Assembly (NCBI GenBank): GCA_043827405.1
Contig: JBDRPD010000024.1
Location: 1-49,892, forward strand
DNA length: 49,892 nt
Source: Elusimicrobiota bacterium
Lineage (GTDB): Bacteria > Elusimicrobiota > Elusimicrobia > UBA1565
Reading direction: 5' to 3'
The notes under the pieces: generated by a model
Seen by the model: only the letters and a program-made list of their open reading frames with translations
What the model was told of the DNA's origin: nothing
Databases searched by the model: none
Part shown: positions 45,954 to 49,892 of the stretch, piece by piece
Layout: every line of letters starts with the position of its first letter
Numbering within the stretch: position 1 is the first letter of the stretch
Program-made: the position numbers and the translations under genes

Positions 45954-47576
45954 CTAGGCTCCCATCTGCCTCTTGATGATGAGCTGCTGGGCGAAACTTA
46001 GAATACTATTGGTCAGCCAGTACAGCACCAGGCCGGCCGGGAAGTTCAGGAACATAAAGGTGAAGATGATGGGCATGAACTGCATCATCTTGGCCTGGTT
46101 CGGATCGCCGCCCGCCACCGGCGTCATTTTGTTCTGCAGGAACATGATGCCGCCCATGACGACCGGCAGCACGTAGTACGGATCGGCCGCGGAGAGGTCC
46201 TGCACCCACAGCATCCACGGGGCGCCGTGCAGCTCCCAGGCGTTGCGCAGCATATTGAACAGCGCGATGAATATCGGCATCTGGGCCAGCATCGGCAGGC
46301 AGCCCCCGAGGGGATTCACGTTGTGGCGCTTGTAGAGCGCCATCATCTCCTGGTTGAGGCGCTGCGGGTTGCCCTTGAACTTCTGCTGCAGCTTGGCCTG
46401 CTCGGGAGCGACCTTCTTCATCATGACCATGGACTTCGTGCTCTTGTAGGTGAGCGGGAACATGATGATCTGCAGGCAGATGGTCAGCAGGATGATCGAC
46501 CACCCCCAGTTGTTCGTCCACGAATGGAAAGTGCTCAAAACATACAGCGTGAAGCGGCCCAGGCGGTGGAACCAGCCGAAGGAGACCGAGCGCTCCAAGC
46601 CCTGCCCGATGGCTTTTAACCGCGAGTAACCCTTGGGGCCGAAGTAGAAGGGTATCTCGAGCTTGACCGTTTCCCCGGGTCCGATGTCGAGCGCCGATGC
46701 CTCGGCGTTGAGCCATGGGGCGAGCGCCTCGCCCCGCTTCGTCTGTCCCAGCCACGATTTCGTCATCACCATCTTCTTGCGGGTACCGTGCTCAAAGCGG
46801 CCGAAATGGCTGTCCGCGGGGAAGATCGCGCTTAGGAAGTAGCGGTTCTGGATGCCGAGCCAGCGCCACTCCCCTTCATGCGCCACGGTCTCCTCTTCGT
46901 TTTTAAACTCCACGAATTCATCGCTGCGGCCCGCCTTTTCAGACGGCAGCAGGGCGACCGCTTGCCACTGCGCGGAGTTTTCCTTCTGCTCGGTGGGGAC
47001 CGTACCGAGCCCGGGCCCCAGCGCCAGCCGGAAAGCCGGCAGGCGCAGAGGCTCCTTCCCGGGGTTGGTGATCGTGAGGCGCAGGCTGTTGATCGAATGC
47101 GGCGACTGAAACAAATACTCCTTGCGAATTTGCGCGCCGGAAGCATGGACCGCGTCGAAAGCCGGCCAGTTTTTGTCGCCGCCGGCCCGCGTGAAGCGCA
47201 GTTCAGGCCAGGTCGCGAAGAAGCCGGGATAGGGATCGGCGATGAGATCGACCGGGCCCAAGGGGCCGGGGTAGCTGTAGCTGACGATGGCGGCGCCCAG
47301 CGGCTGAATCATGAGCTCCATGCCGCCGATATTGAACGTCATCGCGCCGTCGAGACCGCCGGCGGCGGGAGCGGGATCGGGCTGCGCGGGAGACAGCGAG
47401 GGCGTTACCGCGCGGGCCGGACCGCCCGCGGCGGTTGTCGGCGCCGAGCGCTCACCCGCCGCGGCCGGCGGCGCCGGCTCACGCACCGGCCGCGGCCGTT
47501 TCTTCTCAACTAAGGTAAACCAGCCGATGTAGACCAGAACGGAAAGAAAGATCGCGAGAAAAAAATTCTTATCCAT
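45954..47576 (-). CDS. yidC: Membrane protein insertase YidC
   Basis: NWGWSIILLT, NPLGGCLP, DPYYVLP, PAGLVLYW. Confidence 0.97.
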   Translation of the reverse strand: MDKNFFLAIFLSVLVYIGWFTLVEKKRPRPVREPAPPAAAGERSAPTTAAGGPARAVTPSLSPAQPDPAPAAGGLDGAMTFNIGGMELMIQPLGAAIVSYSYPGPLGPVDLIADPYPGFFATWPELRFTRAGGDKNWPAFDAVHASGAQIRKEYLFQSPHSINSLRLTITNPGKEPLRLPAFRLALGPGLGTVPTEQKENSAQWQAVALLPSEKAGRSDEFVEFKNEEETVAHEGEWRWLGIQNRYFLSAIFPADSHFGRFEHGTRKKMVMTKSWLGQTKRGEALAPWLNAEASALDIGPGETVKLEIPFYFGPKGYSRLKAIGQGLERSVSFGWFHRLGRFTLYVLSTFHSWTNNWGWSIILLTICLQIIMFPLTYKSTKSMVMMKKVAPEQAKLQQKFKGNPQRLNQEMMALYKRHNVNPLGGCLPMLAQMPIFIALFNMLRNAWELHGAPWMLWVQDLSAADPYYVLPVVMGGIMFLQNKMTPVAGGDPNQAKMMQFMPIIFTFMFLNFPAGLVLYWLTNSILSFAQQLIIKRQMGA

Positions 47577-47604
47577 ATCGCTCCATCGACTCCGTCGGGT
47601 AAAG

Positions 47605-47829
47605 TTAAACGGCAGACGGCGGCCTGACGGGATCATTGCCGCCCGGATCGAACGGATGGCAGCGCAGCAGCCGGCGGAGGATCATCGGAACAGCGTGTCG
47701 GAGTTCGAAACGCTCCAGCGACTCAACGGCATAAGCGGAGCAAGTCGGCCGAAAACGGCAGCTCGGTGGAAGTAGGACGGCCCTGATCGGGCGTAAAATT
47801 CCAAGAATTCCCAACAGCAGTTTACGCAT
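47605..47829 (-). CDS. yidD: Membrane protein insertion efficiency factor
   Basis: CRFRPTCSAYA, RCHPF, GGNDPV. Confidence 0.93.
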   Translation of the reverse strand: MRKLLLGILGILRPIRAVLLPPSCRFRPTCSAYAVESLERFELRHAVPMILRRLLRCHPFDPGGNDPVRPPSAV

Positions 47830-48193
47830 GCTCGATGATTCCCGCCTTGCGGCAAAGATCCAGAAACGACTCTTCTGCGTCGCGCAGCCCCTGCCAACTA
47901 CAGCCGGGCCGCGGGTATACGGTTAAGTCCGTCTCCGGACGCAACCGATGCGTATTCTTTCGAAACGACTCCCGCAGCAGGCGCTTAACCCTGTTGCGAC
48001 GCACGGCATTTCCCAACCGGCGGCTGACCGAAACGCCGAAGCGGGGCGACTCTCCCCCCGGACGGCGGCTGCGCCGCCACCATAGAATAAGGTCGCGGCC
48101 GACGATCTTCCTCCCCTCGGAGAAAACCCGGTCCATGTCCGCACCTCGAAGACGCTGTGAACGGCCGAATTTCTCGGAACTCTTCTCAATCAC
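47822..48193 (-). CDS. rnpA: RNase P protein
   Basis: RFGVSVSRRLGNAVRRNRVKRLLRE. Confidence 0.95.
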   Translation of the reverse strand: MIEKSSEKFGRSQRLRGADMDRVFSEGRKIVGRDLILWWRRSRRPGGESPRFGVSVSRRLGNAVRRNRVKRLLRESFRKNTHRLRPETDLTVYPRPGCSWQGLRDAEESFLDLCRKAGIIEHA

Positions 48194-48231
48194 TTTGCGT
48201 CGTACGGGCGGGGATGCCGCGAACTCTCGGT

Positions 48232-48372
48232 CTACTGCTTGGGGATCAGCGCCTTACGCCCTTTCTGGCGCCGACGGCTGATCACCGCGCGCCCTCCGGG
48301 TGTGGCCATACGGGCACGGAAACCGATACGTTTCGCACGTCTTCGTTTATTAGGTCTATACGTAGGAAGCAT
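48232..48372 (-). CDS. rpmH: 50S ribosomal protein L34 (not in ORF track)
   Basis: Manual translation [46 protein letters not shown]. Confidence 0.96.
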   Translation of the reverse strand: MLPTYRPNKRRRAKRIGFRARMATPGGRAVISRRRQKGRKALIPKQ

Positions 48373-48461
48373 GAGCAATTATATGAGTATGGTCGGAGCC
48401 TGTCAAGTAAAAGGTATTGTTTTCCTTGCAGTTTTTGGCATTTTCATATATATTAGGTCCA

Positions 48462-49628
48462 ATGGCGCTGTTCCGACGTCAATTTATGCTCGCGGCGGCC
48501 GCGATTTTAGCCGTCGCGGTACTGCTCTCCGCCGCCGCCGCGGCCGAGAATACATCGAATACCGCGGGAACGAACCTGATCAAGGTCTGGACCCAGGCGC
48601 GCCGCAAGTACTCGGATGCGATGCTGATTTCCATCAGCGGCCGCACGGAATCCGCCGGCACACCGTTCTGCGATCCCCAAGACCCCTTCCGCAACGGCTG
48701 GCGCTACACTTTCTATTCCCCGGCGAAGGACGCCTTCATCATGATGGCCGAATGCGGCGGTGCCGTCGTCGGCCCGCTCACCCAGATGCGCGACCGCGGG
48801 GCTTCAAAACTTTTCGTCGAAGGGAAGTTCGCCGACAGCGACGCGGCGCTCAAGACTTTGGCCCGCTCGGGAGCGTCCATCGACCCCGCGGATTATCAGG
48901 TGCGCACGCGCCGGCCTTTCCTGCTGACGCTCTATCGCATTCAGGACGACCGCTTTAAAACCCATCCCACGGTCTGGAAAATCCGCATCGGCGAGAAAAG
49001 CTTCCTGATTGACGCGGTCAAAAATGAGATGTTCTCGCCGAAAAGCTACGGCGTCAGCCTGGGCATTGAGGTTTCAACCGAGGCGTACAGGTCGGAGGCC
49101 CTGGGCAAACGTCCGAAAAGGACCGATGTCCATACCGCGCGCAGCGACCTCGACAAGGTGCGCAGCTACGCCAAAAAGCGCTTCAAGAATGCCCGCCTCA
49201 TGGGCATCGAAGGTTTCTCCAACGCCTGGGGCGGTTCGCCCTGCACCGGCGCCGGCGACGGCTGGGCCTACTACTTCTACAACCCCAGCTCCCGCGGCTT
49301 CGAAGCCGTCTACGCATGCAACGGGTCGGTCGGACCCGGCCCCTCGCAGTATATCCCGATCGACCTCAACCTGCATGAGGCGATCGCCGAACCCTTTGTC
49401 GACAGCAGCGATATCCTTGACGGTCTGATCGTCAACTTCCCCGCGGTCATGAACGAGGGGATGGGCCGCAACTTCACGCGCAATGCCAGCCTGCTCCTGC
49501 GGCAGTTTCGCGCCTCCCCGCTGCGCCAGCCCGGCCAGTGGGAGATCCGCGCCATCTGGCGCGTGACCGTGGGGCGCACGAGCTACCGTTTCGACGCCAA
49601 GACCGGGAAGCTGCTCGGCACGGAATGA
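48462..49628 (+). CDS. Secreted hypothetical protein with an internal domain duplication
   Basis: Signal peptide (FRRQF...AAAAE). Two similar halves: C...GWRYTFYSP...C.G..VGP and C...GWAYYFYNP...C.G.VGP, each ending W...IG/VG...DA. Confidence 0.75.
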   Translation: MALFRRQFMLAAAAILAVAVLLSAAAAAENTSNTAGTNLIKVWTQARRKYSDAMLISISGRTESAGTPFCDPQDPFRNGWRYTFYSPAKDAFIMMAECGGAVVGPLTQMRDRGASKLFVEGKFADSDAALKTLARSGASIDPADYQVRTRRPFLLTLYRIQDDRFKTHPTVWKIRIGEKSFLIDAVKNEMFSPKSYGVSLGIEVSTEAYRSEALGKRPKRTDVHTARSDLDKVRSYAKKRFKNARLMGIEGFSNAWGGSPCTGAGDGWAYYFYNPSSRGFEAVYACNGSVGPGPSQYIPIDLNLHEAIAEPFVDSSDILDGLIVNFPAVMNEGMGRNFTRNASLLLRQFRASPLRQPGQWEIRAIWRVTVGRTSYRFDAKTGKLLGTE

Positions 49629-49892
49629 CCCTGTATCTTTTTGCGCAAGCGCGGCCGCTGTCCGCGCTCGCCTGCACCGCCGCCGCGTTCTTCGCGGCGC
49701 TGCTGCTCACGGTCCTCGCGCTGCTGCTTTTCGTCCTGGTCTCCCACGGCGAAAAGCTGAGCCGCCTGCGCGGCATACTCGGCGCCTCCCTGCTGGCCGC
49801 CTGGGTCGTCGTCCTCTACTGGCCGTTTTTCCCCGCGGCCTGGCACTGGCCGCCGGGCATCACCGGCGACGCCGCGCTCGCGCACTGCCTGC
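49625..49892 (+). CDS. Hypothetical membrane protein, partial (runs off the window)
   Basis: ATGA overlap with the previous gene; open hydrophobic frame MTLYLFAQARPLSALACTAAAFFAALLL... Confidence 0.5.
   Translation, partial: MTLYLFAQARPLSALACTAAAFFAALLLTVLALLLFVLVSHGEKLSRLRGILGASLLAAWVVVLYWPFFPAAWHWPPGITGDAALAHCL

Noticed and set aside
20232..47513. Many long plus-strand ORFs (e.g. 20232-21827, 32152-33783, 37384-38670, 40009-41424, 43902-45104)
   Set aside because: Antisense shadows of well-supported GC-rich housekeeping genes, with no motifs of their own.
1..49892. CRISPR array, rRNA, retron or reverse transcriptase
   Set aside because: No regularly spaced repeats, rRNA-like sequence, cas genes or RT motifs were seen.

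Overview
The window has two parts. (1) 1-15352 is the right-hand part of an integrated accessory island. It begins exactly at the left inverted repeat of a complete IS256 and ends at a duplicated 3' half of tRNA-Ala(CGC), an att site. It carries mobile-element genes (excisionase-like HTH, replication-relaxation-like protein, MerR-like HTH) and dense, lower-GC defence-type cargo: an NDT/TIR-like protein, a PD-(D/E)xK nuclease, AbiE type IV TA, an unusual Ser/Thr kinase-RNase HIII fusion paired with a TPR-cold-shock-domain protein, a SIR2-like protein, a kinase-dCTP/dCMP deaminase (AvcD/Dcd-like) and a HigBA-like TA. No integrase is visible. A 375-bp remnant lying between two tRNA-Ala 3'-end copies holds an atypical tRNA-Asp-like cloverleaf with complementary target sites, a Met-Asp-Asp mini-ORF and a terminator. 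(2) 15.8-49.9 kb is GC-rich host chromosome: caspase-like lipoprotein, pilin, a His-rich RAPP leader plus two HupE/UreJ genes, aspS-hisS, crp-like, capA-like, surE, a partial dcw cluster (mraZ to murG) and rpmH-rnpA-yidD-yidC-jag-mnmE-MFS-Yip1-mnmG-rsmG. Gene style suggests Elusimicrobiota (inference, not verified). All calls come from motif reading; no database searches were run.
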